The notes below the pieces were generated by a model that worked only from the letters and a program-made list of their open reading frames with translations, did no database searches and was not told the DNA's origin. The position numbers and the translations under genes are program-made. Shown here piece by piece: positions 29,123 through 39,437 of a stretch of DNA of 64,000 bases. Position 1 is the first letter of the stretch. Each line of letters opens with the position of its first letter. This stretch comes from an uncultured Gammaproteobacteria bacterium (GTDB lineage Bacteria > Patescibacteriota > Microgenomatia > Levybacterales > UBA12049): positions 79,023 to 143,022 of the forward strand of contig CAZSWA010000001.1 in NCBI GenBank assembly GCA_964610465.1, written 5' to 3'.

Positions 29123-30817
29123 ATGAGTAAGATTTATCTTCTTTCTGACACTATTATTTCCAAAATTGCAGCAGGTGAGGTGATAGAACGTCCGGTGTAT
29201 GCAGTCAAAGAACTTATTGAAAATGCAATAGATGCAAACGCTGATACCATAAATATACATATTACCGATAGCGGACTAAAAAAAATTGTCGTAAATGACA
29301 ATGGCGAAGGGATGGATTATGAGGATATTCAGCAGTGTTTTAAACCACATACTACAAGCAAAATTTCCTCTGAGGAAGAATTACATGGGATACATACACT
29401 TGGGTTTCGTGGTGAGGCATTAGCTAGTATCGCAGCAATAAGTAATATGAGTATAAAAAGTAAAACCAAAGATGCCACGTCAGGGAGTCTTGTTGAGCTA
29501 GTCTCAGGAAAAGTTGAGAATATATCACTTACTGGTATGCCGCAGGGAACAAGTGTAAGTGTAGATAATTTGTTTTACCCAGTTCCAGGGAGGAAAAAGT
29601 TTCTTAAATCGCTTCGTACAGAGTATCGACATATTCTGGATTTGATGACTCATTTTGTGCTATCGTATCCTGATATCCATTTTACATTCTCCCACAATGA
29701 AAAAGTAATTTTCGACTTGCCAAAAAAACAAGATATAAGCGAAAGAATACTTCTTCTTTTTGGAAATAGAGTAGTAAAACAATTATTAAAAGTTTCACAT
29801 AGAAGTACGTATCTTACGATAAATGGATTCATTGGATATCCTCAATATACTACGCAAAATAGCAGTAAACAATTTCTTTTTATCAACAAAAGAAAAATAA
29901 CAGATAAAGTCATTAGTCTTGCAGTAAAGGAAGCATATGGCAATCTCATAGAATCTCATGCATTGCCTGTTTTTATTTTATTTCTGTCACTTCCTTATGA
30001 AGCAGTTGATGTCAATGTACATCCTCGAAAAGAGCAAATACATTTTGTGGATACAAAATCAATCTTTGATGAAGTATATAAAGCAGTTACAGATACTCTA
30101 CAAAATAATAATCTCACTTTTTTCAATCTCAGCATGGAAGATGGAATTGCATCAAGAAAAGGGAATCTTAATTCTTTCGCAGGAAAATATCTTAAAGAAA
30201 AGGTGAGCACCTGGGAAATGAATAACTTACATATACAAAAAGACTCAAGTATTCAGCAAGTACACAATCTTTATCTTATTGTCCAAACAAAAAACGGGTT
30301 GCTTTTTGTAGACCAGCACGCAGCTCATGAACGGATACTGTATGAGCAATTCTTAGAGCAATTTCAAAATAAAAGTGAACTACAAGAGCAGTATATTTTG
30401 GAAAAACCTCTCTCTTTTGATCTTTCTTTCTCAGATTCTGAACTTCTTAAAGAGAAGCAAAATGAATTATCATCATTGGGATTTGCCTTTGAGAGCAAAG
30501 AAGACAATATAGTACATGCCATAGCAGTACCTTTGTTGTTTAAAGATAGAAAAATTCCAAAACTTGTCAATGAACTTCTTGATGAATTAAGAGAAGAAAA
30601 ATCATACCAAAAAATTGACAACCAATCTCAAAGAATGCTTGCATATCTTGCATGTAGAAGCGCCATAAAAGCAGGTGATAGTCTTACTAAACAGCAAGCA
30701 AAAGAGTTACTTGAGAAATTGGAAAAAACCAAAAATAATGCTACTTGTCCTCATGGGAGACCGACAAAAGTCGAGATACCTTTGCCTCAAATACATAAGT
30801 ATTTTAAAAGAGTTTAG
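29123..30817 (+). CDS. mutL: DNA mismatch repair endonuclease MutL
   Basis: IAAGEVIERP, GFRGEALASI, DVNVHPRK, DQHAAHERILYE, CPHGRP. Confidence 0.98.
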   Translation: MSKIYLLSDTIISKIAAGEVIERPVYAVKELIENAIDANADTINIHITDSGLKKIVVNDNGEGMDYEDIQQCFKPHTTSKISSEEELHGIHTLGFRGEALASIAAISNMSIKSKTKDATSGSLVELVSGKVENISLTGMPQGTSVSVDNLFYPVPGRKKFLKSLRTEYRHILDLMTHFVLSYPDIHFTFSHNEKVIFDLPKKQDISERILLLFGNRVVKQLLKVSHRSTYLTINGFIGYPQYTTQNSSKQFLFINKRKITDKVISLAVKEAYGNLIESHALPVFILFLSLPYEAVDVNVHPRKEQIHFVDTKSIFDEVYKAVTDTLQNNNLTFFNLSMEDGIASRKGNLNSFAGKYLKEKVSTWEMNNLHIQKDSSIQQVHNLYLIVQTKNGLLFVDQHAAHERILYEQFLEQFQNKSELQEQYILEKPLSFDLSFSDSELLKEKQNELSSLGFAFESKEDNIVHAIAVPLLFKDRKIPKLVNELLDELREEKSYQKIDNQSQRMLAYLACRSAIKAGDSLTKQQAKELLEKLEKTKNNATCPHGRPTKVEIPLPQIHKYFKRV

Positions 30818-30835
30818 TATTCTCAATTACCAAAC

Positions 30836-31639
30836 ATGCATACCGAGAAATTTCAACAGATTATTAAAGCGTATTACAAAGGTAATAAACGGAATTTTCC
30901 TTGGAGAGAAACAAAAGATTTCTATCAGATTCTGGTTTCAGAATTTATGCTGCAACAAACCCAAACTTCACGTGTGTTACCAAAATATAATGCGTTTCTT
31001 GCTCGATTTCCAACTCTTGAGAGTCTTGCTCACGCAAAATTGTCTGAAGTCCTATCCTTGTGGAGTGGCTTAGGATACAATAGACGAGCACTATATCTCC
31101 AAAAAACAGCACAAATTTTACTCAAACAATATCATGGTAAATTGCCATTGGACATAAAAAATATCCAAGAGCTTCCTGGAATTGGCAAGTATACCGCACC
31201 AGCAGTTTTAGTATTCTCACAAAACCAACCACTGATAGTTATTGAAACCAATATTAGACGAGTATTTATTCATTTTTTCTTTAAAGATGCGAAAGCTGTT
31301 TCAGACAAAGAAATTGAGAAATTTATTCATAAAACATTGGATAAAGAAAATCCTCGAGAATGGTATTTCGCATTGATGGATTATGGTGTTTATCTTAAAG
31401 AGCATACTGAAAATCCAAACAGAAAAAGTACTCATTACAAAAAACAATCAAGGTTTGAAGGCTCTATCCGCAAAGTGAGAGGCGAAATCCTTCGTATACT
31501 ACTAAAATCTTCATCTATTTCCTATCAAAAACTACAAGAATCAGTACATACGACAAATGATATGTACGAAAAGGCACTTATGGGTCTTGAAAAAGATGGA
31601 ATTATTACGAAACAGAATAATACAATTACTATTCGATAA
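30836..31639 (+). CDS. mutY: A/G-specific adenine glycosylase (short MutY-like)
   Basis: FPWR, VSEFMLQQTQ, WSGLGYNRRA, LPGIGKYTA; lacks the Fe-S cysteine cluster. Confidence 0.88.
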   Translation: MHTEKFQQIIKAYYKGNKRNFPWRETKDFYQILVSEFMLQQTQTSRVLPKYNAFLARFPTLESLAHAKLSEVLSLWSGLGYNRRALYLQKTAQILLKQYHGKLPLDIKNIQELPGIGKYTAPAVLVFSQNQPLIVIETNIRRVFIHFFFKDAKAVSDKEIEKFIHKTLDKENPREWYFALMDYGVYLKEHTENPNRKSTHYKKQSRFEGSIRKVRGEILRILLKSSSISYQKLQESVHTTNDMYEKALMGLEKDGIITKQNNTITIR

Positions 31640-31748
31640 GTGTAGTAATTTATGATAACTATTTCATATTTTCTAAGGTATTTGCATTTTGTTGAATCAA
31701 AACGTTCGTGCTTAAATAAATTCTATTTTTGTTAACTAATACATTTTC

Positions 31749-32417
31749 TTAGTATAGGAAGTTGTTCAAAAGCTTCATTATTAATATTACCAAAGCATCA
31801 ATACCTAAAGGAATTACTAGTAGCTTATTACATTTATTTAATATATAAGGTGCTTTAAAAGAAACAAATGCGGTGATAATAGAAGAAGGAATACGAAAAC
31901 CAAGAAGAAAAAAGATACTAATTACTCCACATATAATCAGTACTACTTCAACTGTTCCTTCTAAGTCCTTTTTGCTTGAAAACATATTATTTCCAATCTC
32001 AAAAATTATATATACAACAAGAAATAACAAAAATTTATTTTCAAAAATATTTTGGGGCAGATAAAAAAGCATACTAAGAAGTATAGCGGTTCCCGCAAAG
32101 AACGGTGCAATCCCAATAAAGATATTCCTCATAAAATCCGTTTTTGCAATCATGACACTCCCAAGTTTTATATTTCTGCCTTCTCCATAGGGTATAAGTT
32201 CTATTTTGCCCGTAGATACAAAAAGAAGTTTTGCCGTTAAAAAATGTGATAGTTCGTGAACAAGAGTTCCTGGGAAAAAAAGAAGTGCCATAAAATATAT
32301 CATCATTTTCTGGCTTCTTGTAACTCTTAGAAAAAATAATGATAGCTCAATAGTAAGTATTCGTGATAAAAGATAAAGGAGAAAAAGCAAAGCAAGAAAA
32401 AAGAAAATAGAGAGCAT
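31749..32417 (-). CDS. Membrane metalloprotease-like protein (M50-like)
   Basis: PGTLVHELSH (HExxH) within TM context, IGIAP, later S-x-x-D. Confidence 0.65.
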   Translation of the reverse strand: MLSIFFFLALLFLLYLLSRILTIELSLFFLRVTRSQKMMIYFMALLFFPGTLVHELSHFLTAKLLFVSTGKIELIPYGEGRNIKLGSVMIAKTDFMRNIFIGIAPFFAGTAILLSMLFYLPQNIFENKFLLFLVVYIIFEIGNNMFSSKKDLEGTVEVVLIICGVISIFFLLGFRIPSSIITAFVSFKAPYILNKCNKLLVIPLGIDALVILIMKLLNNFLY

Positions 32418-32435
32418 ATATTTATTTTAGCGCAG

Positions 32436-32984
32436 TCATTTGGTAATTTTACCCTCTTTGGTTATTTCATCAAGCGATTTATTACTGACTGCTGAAAAAT
32501 CATAATTATTTATATCATAGTCTGTATCCTCATACCCATCATGATGTTTGATAAGAAGCCATGTCTCCTGTTTACTACTAAATCCTCGGGTTTTTACAAG
32601 TGCAAACGAACCTTTGAGTTTTTTGCCATGAAGGGTAAATTTCAACTGTCCTGCTTTTAGTCCCTCTTCCATGAGCATTTCTCCTTCTTTTCTATCAGCT
32701 ATTTCTTTTCTTACTCCTTTGGCAAGTTCCCTCTCTGGAGTATACATACCTTCATCCCAAATCATAACGGTTCCTGCGCCATACTGTCCTTCAGGAATTA
32801 TCCCTTCAAACTTTCTCCATTCCATATCATGATCCGGCGTTCGTATTGCTAGATGTTTAACTGTAGCATTAAGGGTTGGGCCTTTTGGAATAGACCACGA
32901 AGGCATTTTCCCATTTATCTCAAGGCGAAAATCATAATGGAGAGAGGTTGCTTTGTGCTTTTGTACTACAAAAAGGAGTTTCAT
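32436..32984 (-). CDS. Stand-alone LigD 3'-phosphoesterase (PE) domain protein
   Basis: FVVQKHKATSLHYDFRLE, SWSIPKGP, FEGIIPEGQYGAGTVMIWDEG, WLLIK. Confidence 0.92.
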   Translation of the reverse strand: MKLLFVVQKHKATSLHYDFRLEINGKMPSWSIPKGPTLNATVKHLAIRTPDHDMEWRKFEGIIPEGQYGAGTVMIWDEGMYTPERELAKGVRKEIADRKEGEMLMEEGLKAGQLKFTLHGKKLKGSFALVKTRGFSSKQETWLLIKHHDGYEDTDYDINNYDFSAVSNKSLDEITKEGKITK

Positions 32985-33067
32985 TCAAAGTATAGTAGCA
33001 TAAAAAAGAACGAAAGATAACCAGGTGTTGCAATTATATACTTTTTAAGAGAGAATAAAAAAAGGCT

Positions 33068-34879
33068 ATGGCTGTTGAAAGACAGCAGGATACTGAAACC
33101 AAGTTCTCTCCTTCCCCTCCTGCCGAAATTGTTGATATTCATAAACTGGTAATTGAGCGCCAAATACTGGAATCTTTTCCAGAACTTGATAGTGAACTTG
33201 TCGAAGTAATAAAAAAATCCCGGTTTCCTATTATCCCTGCTGTTGTAAAAAGAGAACAAATAGTATCTCCCATTCTTAAGCAAAAGGAAGAGGAGAAAAA
33301 ACCGCTTTTTGAAGAACGAACTCTCCTTATTGATATGTCACGAGGGGGTATATATACTCCTGATTTTCTCAAACATATAATAGAAACATGCGCAAGTTTT
33401 CAAATAAATACAATAACATTATATACGGAGTTTTTTGAAGTTGATGATCATCCAAAAATTGGCAATCATGAACAAACAGGACAGCTAAAAAAAACAGAAA
33501 TAAAAAAATTAGTAGAATATGCAGATACGTTAGGAGTAACTCTCTATCCATCTATCCAAACGTTAGGACACTTAGAAAAAATTTTAAGACAGGAAGAATA
33601 CAAAAAATTTTCTTTTCCTGGGAAATTTTCAGCATCTTTTTCTACTCTTAATCCTTCTGCACCTGGAGCATATGAATTTATAGAAACACTTATTGCAAAT
33701 GCAATTGAGCCATATCAACTTTTAGGAAAAACCCCAAAAATCAATATTGGATGTGATGAGACATATGATATTACTAATAATGAGTACGTAACTCATATAC
33801 AAAAAATTCATGAGATAGGTAAAAAATATGATTTAGACATGTATATGTGGGGAGACAGATTGATTCATTTGACAGAGGAACAGATTGAACAACTACCTAA
33901 AGATATCAAGAAAATTCTTTGGATATATGATGAGACAGATTTTCTTAAAATAGATACCATTATTGCAGAGCATGCAAAGCAAGGAATTACTTTTGATAGT
34001 GTATGTTCAAGTACTGCTTCCCATAACCAGGTATATCCTTTTAGTGAACGGGCAAAAAAAAATACAGACTCACTTTTACAAGCCGGAGCGAAATGGAATA
34101 TTCCTAATGCGATGATAGCAGTATGGCATGATGATTCTGCAGAGGCTCCGTTTGCAGGAGCATGGGACTCAATTGCCTATTTTGCGGGGAAAAGTTTTAG
34201 TGGTAAAAGGGAAGATCCAGATATGCTCCTTGAAAAAATCGGAAATCGTGATATAAATCACTATGCAACTGCAAGTACTTTACCCGTTTTGACTGAAAAC
34301 CATGTTGAAAGTAGTATATCTCCGTTGATTCCAAATCCAATTAAACAATTAATTTTTTCAGATATCCGCACCTTAAACCTGCCAAATGAAGAACAAGAGA
34401 AGTACTGCCGTCATTTTGATACGATAAAGCTAGAGTTACAAAAAATAATTGGAACTACTTCTGATAACGAAGAGCTCTTTACTTATACCTATGCAATCGC
34501 AGATTATCTTTCTTCAAAATTAGAACTTAGCAGGAAAATGCGGGATGGATATGAACTTTCAAAAAAAGGAAATCCACTAGAATTTTATCTTCTTCAAGAG
34601 AAAGTAAAAGAAACAGTACAGAAATTAATAGTTGTATGGTTGGCTCATCGTAAATTGTGGCTTAGTGAAAAAAAACCACATGGGTTTGAGAATGTTGAAC
34701 AAAGATATATTGAAGTAGTAAAAGATACTATAGCACTCTACGGCGATGTTAGAAATTATTCATATAGTGGAGAAAAGATACCGTATCTTGAAACAGGAAA
34801 TAATACTACATCTTCTTTGCTTTCTTCAGTTGTTTCGTATAAAGATATTAGGAAATATGCAACAAATAATCCCGCCTAA
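33068..34879 (+). CDS. Glycoside hydrolase family 20 (beta-N-acetylhexosaminidase-like)
   Basis: LIDMSRG, PSIQTLGHLE, INIGCDETY (catalytic DE), MWGD; no signal peptide. Confidence 0.85.
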   Translation: MAVERQQDTETKFSPSPPAEIVDIHKLVIERQILESFPELDSELVEVIKKSRFPIIPAVVKREQIVSPILKQKEEEKKPLFEERTLLIDMSRGGIYTPDFLKHIIETCASFQINTITLYTEFFEVDDHPKIGNHEQTGQLKKTEIKKLVEYADTLGVTLYPSIQTLGHLEKILRQEEYKKFSFPGKFSASFSTLNPSAPGAYEFIETLIANAIEPYQLLGKTPKINIGCDETYDITNNEYVTHIQKIHEIGKKYDLDMYMWGDRLIHLTEEQIEQLPKDIKKILWIYDETDFLKIDTIIAEHAKQGITFDSVCSSTASHNQVYPFSERAKKNTDSLLQAGAKWNIPNAMIAVWHDDSAEAPFAGAWDSIAYFAGKSFSGKREDPDMLLEKIGNRDINHYATASTLPVLTENHVESSISPLIPNPIKQLIFSDIRTLNLPNEEQEKYCRHFDTIKLELQKIIGTTSDNEELFTYTYAIADYLSSKLELSRKMRDGYELSKKGNPLEFYLLQEKVKETVQKLIVVWLAHRKLWLSEKKPHGFENVEQRYIEVVKDTIALYGDVRNYSYSGEKIPYLETGNNTTSSLLSSVVSYKDIRKYATNNPA

Positions 34880-34891
34880 ACGGGATTATTT
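34864..34891 (+). terminator. Hairpin at the GH20 stop (possible terminator)
   Basis: AAATAATCCCG-cctaaa-CGGGATTATTT perfect 11-bp inverted repeat. Confidence 0.55.
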
Positions 34892-35209
34892 GCCTATGGT
34901 AGCGTTTTTATCAAGCTATCACACTTGACAAAAAAATATATGATTTCAACGAACTTCTATACTGAAAAAGACGGAATTGTGTTTGGAATTGACTCACAGA
35001 TTGAGAAAGAGAGTAAAAATACGTATGAAGAATAATGTCAATCTTTAAGAAAAATGTACTTCTTATAGCTGCCTCCTATCTCTATTTCAATATATTTTTC
35101 TTATAATTTCAAGAGGTAAAAAATGAATTAGTGAAGAGTAAGAAGTATGCAAGAGAACTAATTTACCTCTTGCAAAGAAAGAATTACTTGTTCTATGATA
35201 AATTAAGAT

Positions 35210-35770
35210 ATGCCTAGAAAAACACTTATCCTTATTAGCGCACTTATTTTAGTTACTATTGTCCTTTTTGTAGTTGCATTACGCTCAACCCAGACCCCAA
35301 CACAACCAACACAGCAACCAGCTATTACTCAACAGACTCCTGCTGTTCCTGTTCATTCTTTACTATCTATTGCTCCTAATCCAGTTGAGGTAAAAGCATA
35401 TGGTGATGGCAGTGCAAACGTAATGCTTACCACAAATGATAATGCAGTTACAGGAGTTCAATTAGAGATTTCCTATGATCCTGCAATGCTAAGCAATGTA
35501 AAAATAACAGCAGGTTCTATGTTTGAACATCCAGTAGTCCTTATCAATAAAAATGATACAAAAAACGGACGTTTAACCTATGCAATAGGTATTGCACCAA
35601 ACTCTTCAACGCTTCATAATACTGGAACCGCAGCTGTTATTACTTTTACCGCCAAAAATGCAGGGCAAACATCACTAAATCTTTTGCCTATCTCAATAGT
35701 AACTGCAAGCGGAGTTTCACCTTCAGTTCTTAAATCCGCAACTGGAGCGACAGTTGTGATAACACAATAA
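35210..35770 (+). CDS. Membrane-anchored cohesin-like domain protein
   Basis: N-terminal TM, P/T/Q linker, VTGVQLEISYDP...GTAAVITFTAK. Confidence 0.75.
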   Translation: MPRKTLILISALILVTIVLFVVALRSTQTPTQPTQQPAITQQTPAVPVHSLLSIAPNPVEVKAYGDGSANVMLTTNDNAVTGVQLEISYDPAMLSNVKITAGSMFEHPVVLINKNDTKNGRLTYAIGIAPNSSTLHNTGTAAVITFTAKNAGQTSLNLLPISIVTASGVSPSVLKSATGATVVITQ

Positions 35771-35802
35771 TTATTTTTCTTCAAAAGAAGCATTTCCAAA
35801 AT

Positions 35803-36123
35803 TTAATCATTTATTTTTTCTTTAATATTATATACATCAATAACATTAGCCATAGGTGATGACTTACTTACATAACGGTTATCATTAAATATATAACTCA
35901 CAAAAGATACAAAATCATTTCTGTCATATAAATGAAAATATTCTTTAATTTGAATTCCGGTTAGACTATTCCATGCTCCTGTCCAAAACCAGCCGTCTAA
36001 AGAACCATTAGTTGGTAGTCGTATAGTTTGAGTTATTTCAGGTTTTTTTACTTCTGCGTTTTCAATTACAGTTGTATGAGGCTTTTCTAATATAGCAATT
36101 GTATTTGTAGGCAGCTCTTTCAT
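35803..36123 (-). CDS. Hypothetical (orphan) protein
   Basis: 106-aa ORF; TATACT just upstream of ATG. Confidence 0.5.
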   Translation of the reverse strand: MKELPTNTIAILEKPHTTVIENAEVKKPEITQTIRLPTNGSLDGWFWTGAWNSLTGIQIKEYFHLYDRNDFVSFVSYIFNDNRYVSKSSPMANVIDVYNIKEKIND

Positions 36124-36242
36124 ACTGAAGTATATTTTCTAATATGACAGGCTACTAATAAAATTCGGAAATAAAATTGTGATAATAGTGTAAGAAAAAA
36201 AGTATAGCAGAAAAAGATATAGAATTAATTTTCTAAAATGAG

Positions 36243-36314
36243 TCGGGGTGCTCGGAATTGAACCGAGGCCTTACGCACCCCATGCGCAAATACTATCCGT
36301 TATACTACACCCCG
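36243..36314 (-). tRNA. tRNA-Pro(GGG)
   Basis: Reverse complement CGGGGTG...TGCGC-AT-GGG-GT-GCGTA...CTCGG-TTCAATT-CCGAG-CACCCCG-A; CCA not encoded. Confidence 0.96.
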
Positions 36315-36418
36315 TTTACTTCTGCATTATAGCGTATTTCGGCTTTAAATAAAATGAAAATTTATAGAAATTGCCACTTGTATTTTGATATAAAATTGAT
36401 ACAATGAGCCTTGTCTAT

Positions 36419-37510
36419 ATGGCAAGAACTGCTTCAAGCCCAAAAACAGTAACCACTCCCAATGATGCTTCTCAAAAATTAGAGTCAATCCGTTTAGCAA
36501 TGGATCAAATTGAAAAGCAATATGGACGCGGTGCAATCATGCGATTTGGAGAAGCAGCCCAGAAACTGGATATTTCAGTTGTATCAACTGGTTGTTTGCC
36601 TCTTGATTTAGCACTTGGTGTTGGAGGATTACCAAGAGGAAGAATTATAGAAATTTTTGGACCGGAGGCATCGGGAAAAACAACAGTTTGTCTTTCAACA
36701 ATTGCACAAGCGCAAAAACATGGAGGAATTGTAGCTTTTATTGATGCAGAACATGCACTTGACCCACTCTGGGCTGAAAAAATTGGGGTAAAACTTGATG
36801 AACTGCTTATCTCACAACCTGACACAGGAGAACAGGCATTAGAGATTGCAGAAAGTTTAGTTCGCTCTGGCGGGATTGATGTGTTGGTAATTGATTCAGT
36901 TGCAGCATTGGTACCAAGAGCTGAAATTGAAGGAGAAATGGGAGAATCAGTCATTGGTCTTCAAGCACGGCTTATGTCTCAAGCTTTAAGAAAACTTACA
37001 GGAGTTATCTCAAAATCAAAAACAGTTGTTATATTTACCAATCAGTTAAGACAAAAAATTGGTGTCATGTTTGGAAATCCTGAAACAACTACCGGAGGCC
37101 TTGCGCTTAAATTCTATGCATCAGTACGTATGGATATTCGCAAAATTGAAACGATTAAAGATGGTGACAAAGTAATCGGTTCAAGACATAGAGTAAAAGT
37201 AGTCAAAAATAAAGTAGCAGCGCCTTTTAGAATTGCAGAATTTGATGTGCTACAGAGTGGTATATCACGAGAAGGCGGAATAGTTGATGTCGGAGTTGAA
37301 ATGGGGATTATTCAAAAAAGCGGCGCATTTTATCGTTATAACGATCAAATGCTTGGACAAGGAAAAGCAGCAACAATGGAAACACTGAAAGAAAATCCAG
37401 ACATGGAGAAGAAAATTGTAACTGAGATAATGAACAGAAACAAAGACGGTAGATCTCCGATTGCAGTAGGCGTTGAAGAGAGTGATGGGGCAGAAGAAGA
37501 AACGAAATAA
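36419..37510 (+). CDS. recA: Recombinase RecA
   Basis: [44 protein letters not shown]; alternative start 36404. Confidence 0.98.
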   Translation: MARTASSPKTVTTPNDASQKLESIRLAMDQIEKQYGRGAIMRFGEAAQKLDISVVSTGCLPLDLALGVGGLPRGRIIEIFGPEASGKTTVCLSTIAQAQKHGGIVAFIDAEHALDPLWAEKIGVKLDELLISQPDTGEQALEIAESLVRSGGIDVLVIDSVAALVPRAEIEGEMGESVIGLQARLMSQALRKLTGVISKSKTVVIFTNQLRQKIGVMFGNPETTTGGLALKFYASVRMDIRKIETIKDGDKVIGSRHRVKVVKNKVAAPFRIAEFDVLQSGISREGGIVDVGVEMGIIQKSGAFYRYNDQMLGQGKAATMETLKENPDMEKKIVTEIMNRNKDGRSPIAVGVEESDGAEEETK

Positions 37511-37515
37511 CCTTC

Positions 37516-37995
37516 ATGGACCAATTTGAGAAATATCTCGACAAAGCATACAAATTTTTAACCTATAGACCTCGTTCTGAAAAAGAAGTAAGAGATAACC
37601 TTAAGAAAATGAAAGCTCCTCAGGACATTATTGAGTCAGTTATTACATTTCTCAAAGGGAAAAAATACCTCAATGATGAAGAGTTTGCTAAATGGTGGAT
37701 AGAACAACGAATTAAATTCAAACAGAAGAGTAAAAAAGTCTTACGAATTGAACTCTTACAAAAAGGGATTGAAAAAGAGCTTATTATAAAACTTATTGAA
37801 GAGACAGAAGAAAAACCTATACGCGATATTGATCAAGCTAAAGAAATCGTCGAAAAGAAAATCAAGAAATATAAAGGGTTACCAAAAGCTGAAGTCTATC
37901 ACAAACTTGGAGCATATCTGGCAAGACAAGGTTTTGATTGGGAAACTATACGCAGCAGCATTGACGCTGTTTTAAAATTAGAGTATAATCAGTAA
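37516..37995 (+). CDS. recX: Regulatory protein RecX
   Basis: RPRSEKEVR, YLNDEEFA, LLQKGI, YLARQGF; follows recA. Confidence 0.92.
   Translation: MDQFEKYLDKAYKFLTYRPRSEKEVRDNLKKMKAPQDIIESVITFLKGKKYLNDEEFAKWWIEQRIKFKQKSKKVLRIELLQKGIEKELIIKLIEETEEKPIRDIDQAKEIVEKKIKKYKGLPKAEVYHKLGAYLARQGFDWETIRSSIDAVLKLEYNQ
37961..37989 (+). promoter_or_regulatory. Sigma70 promoter for rny
   Basis: TTGACG-17 nt-TATAAT. Confidence 0.8.
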
Positions 37996-38100
37996 GAATC
38001 AATAGATTGCTGGATACGTTATATGAAATACAGCATTACCTATCATAGCTTCATCCAATAAAGAGACGTAAAACGCCTCTTTCTATTGCTTCAAAAATAT

Positions 38101-39384
38101 ATGTCAAACACAACAGTTTCAAATCAGCAAGATGTCATTAGTCTTGAGAAAAAGCTTCTCGAGAGACAAGAAAAACTTGATAGAAAACAAGAAGAGCTGG
38201 AAAAAGAAGAAGGATATCTTGAGAAAAAGAGAGAAGAATATATTGCTAAGATTGAAAAAGCGGCGGGGCTTACTCGTGAAGAAGCAAAAAAACACCTGTT
38301 TGATGAAACAGAAAGACTTGCTGCTCAAATGATGGCAAAAATCATCAAAGAGAAGGAAGAGGAAGCAAAGGCAACAGCAGATAAAAAAGCACAAGAAATA
38401 CTGGTAGAAAGTATCAGACATGGAGCACTCAATTATATCCCCGAATATACTGTTTCAATTGTGAAAGTTCCTGATGAAGATATGAAAGGCAGAATTATCG
38501 GCAAAGAAGGTCGTAATATTCGTGCTTTTGAGCAAGCAACAGGAGTAGATGTGGATTTGGATGAGGAGGGTATTATTCGTCTTTCATCGTTTGATTCAGC
38601 GCGACGTGAAGTTGCCAGACGCTCACTTGAAAAACTCCTTCGCGACACAAGAGTGCAGCCTTTTAGAATTGAAGAGATAGTTGAACAAACGAAAAAAGAA
38701 GTACAAAAAATAATGTTTGAAGAAGGAGAAAAGCTAGCTGCAGATGTAGGAGTCTACAATCTGCCGGCAGATTTATATCCAATTCTGGGAAGTTTTAAAT
38801 TCAGAACCTCGTACGGACAAAATCTTATGGTTCATACGCATGAGGAAACAAAAATAGGAATTCATTTGGCCCAAGAAATAGGCGCAGATGTCGATACAGT
38901 ACGTCTTGGCTGTTTATTCCATGATGTTGGGAAGGTTCTTGAAGGAGACGGAAGCCATGTGAAATTAGGAGTAGAGCTTCTCAAACGATATAATTTTCCT
39001 GACCCAGTGGTCAACGCAGTGGCAGAACATCACGAAGATAAACCATTTTCCTCTATTGAATCAGTTATTGTGTATATTGCAGATGCAGTTTCTGCTGCAA
39101 GACCTGGAGCCCGCTATGAAGATGTAGAAAACTATGTGAACAGACTTAAAGAAATGGAAGAGATTGCTAAGAAATATGAAGGCGTGGAAGACGCGTATGC
39201 ATTTGAAGCAGGTAGAGAACTTCGTGTAATCATTAATCCAGGTAAATTAGATGATGCTCAAACTGTATTGGTTGGACGAAAAATACAGGAAGAAGTAAGT
39301 AAAAAACTTGCAGTTCCAGGGGAAGTAAAGGTTACAGCCATTCGTGAGTTCCGATCAGTATATCCAACTACTACTCTTGTTTAA
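38101..39384 (+). CDS. rny: Ribonuclease Y (no N-terminal TM)
   Basis: Coiled coil, KH domain MKGRIIGKEGRNIR, HD domain FHDVGK, ADAVSAARPGAR; recA-recX-rny synteny. Confidence 0.95.
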   Translation: MSNTTVSNQQDVISLEKKLLERQEKLDRKQEELEKEEGYLEKKREEYIAKIEKAAGLTREEAKKHLFDETERLAAQMMAKIIKEKEEEAKATADKKAQEILVESIRHGALNYIPEYTVSIVKVPDEDMKGRIIGKEGRNIRAFEQATGVDVDLDEEGIIRLSSFDSARREVARRSLEKLLRDTRVQPFRIEEIVEQTKKEVQKIMFEEGEKLAADVGVYNLPADLYPILGSFKFRTSYGQNLMVHTHEETKIGIHLAQEIGADVDTVRLGCLFHDVGKVLEGDGSHVKLGVELLKRYNFPDPVVNAVAEHHEDKPFSSIESVIVYIADAVSAARPGARYEDVENYVNRLKEMEEIAKKYEGVEDAYAFEAGRELRVIINPGKLDDAQTVLVGRKIQEEVSKKLAVPGEVKVTAIREFRSVYPTTTLV

Positions 39385-39437
39385 GCTTTTTTTGATACTT
39401 GACATTGTTTCTCGTTTTACTCTATTCTAAAAGTAGA

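Noticed and set aside
34940-35035. Small ORF MISTNFYTEKDGIVFGIDSQIEKESKNTYEE
   Set aside because: 31 aa, no SD or recognisable motif; cannot be supported
35780-36243. Genomic island integrated at tRNA-Pro
   Set aside because: No integrase and no duplicated tRNA 3' end found; only one small AT-rich orphan
36377-36405. TTGTAT...ATACAA palindrome before recA as a LexA box
   Set aside because: Explained by -35 TTGTAT and -10 TACAAT spaced 17 nt apart; matches no SOS box I recognise
37996-38092. 6S RNA upstream of rny
   Set aside because: Only about 100 nt and branched rather than a long rod with a central bubble; kept as an unknown leader instead
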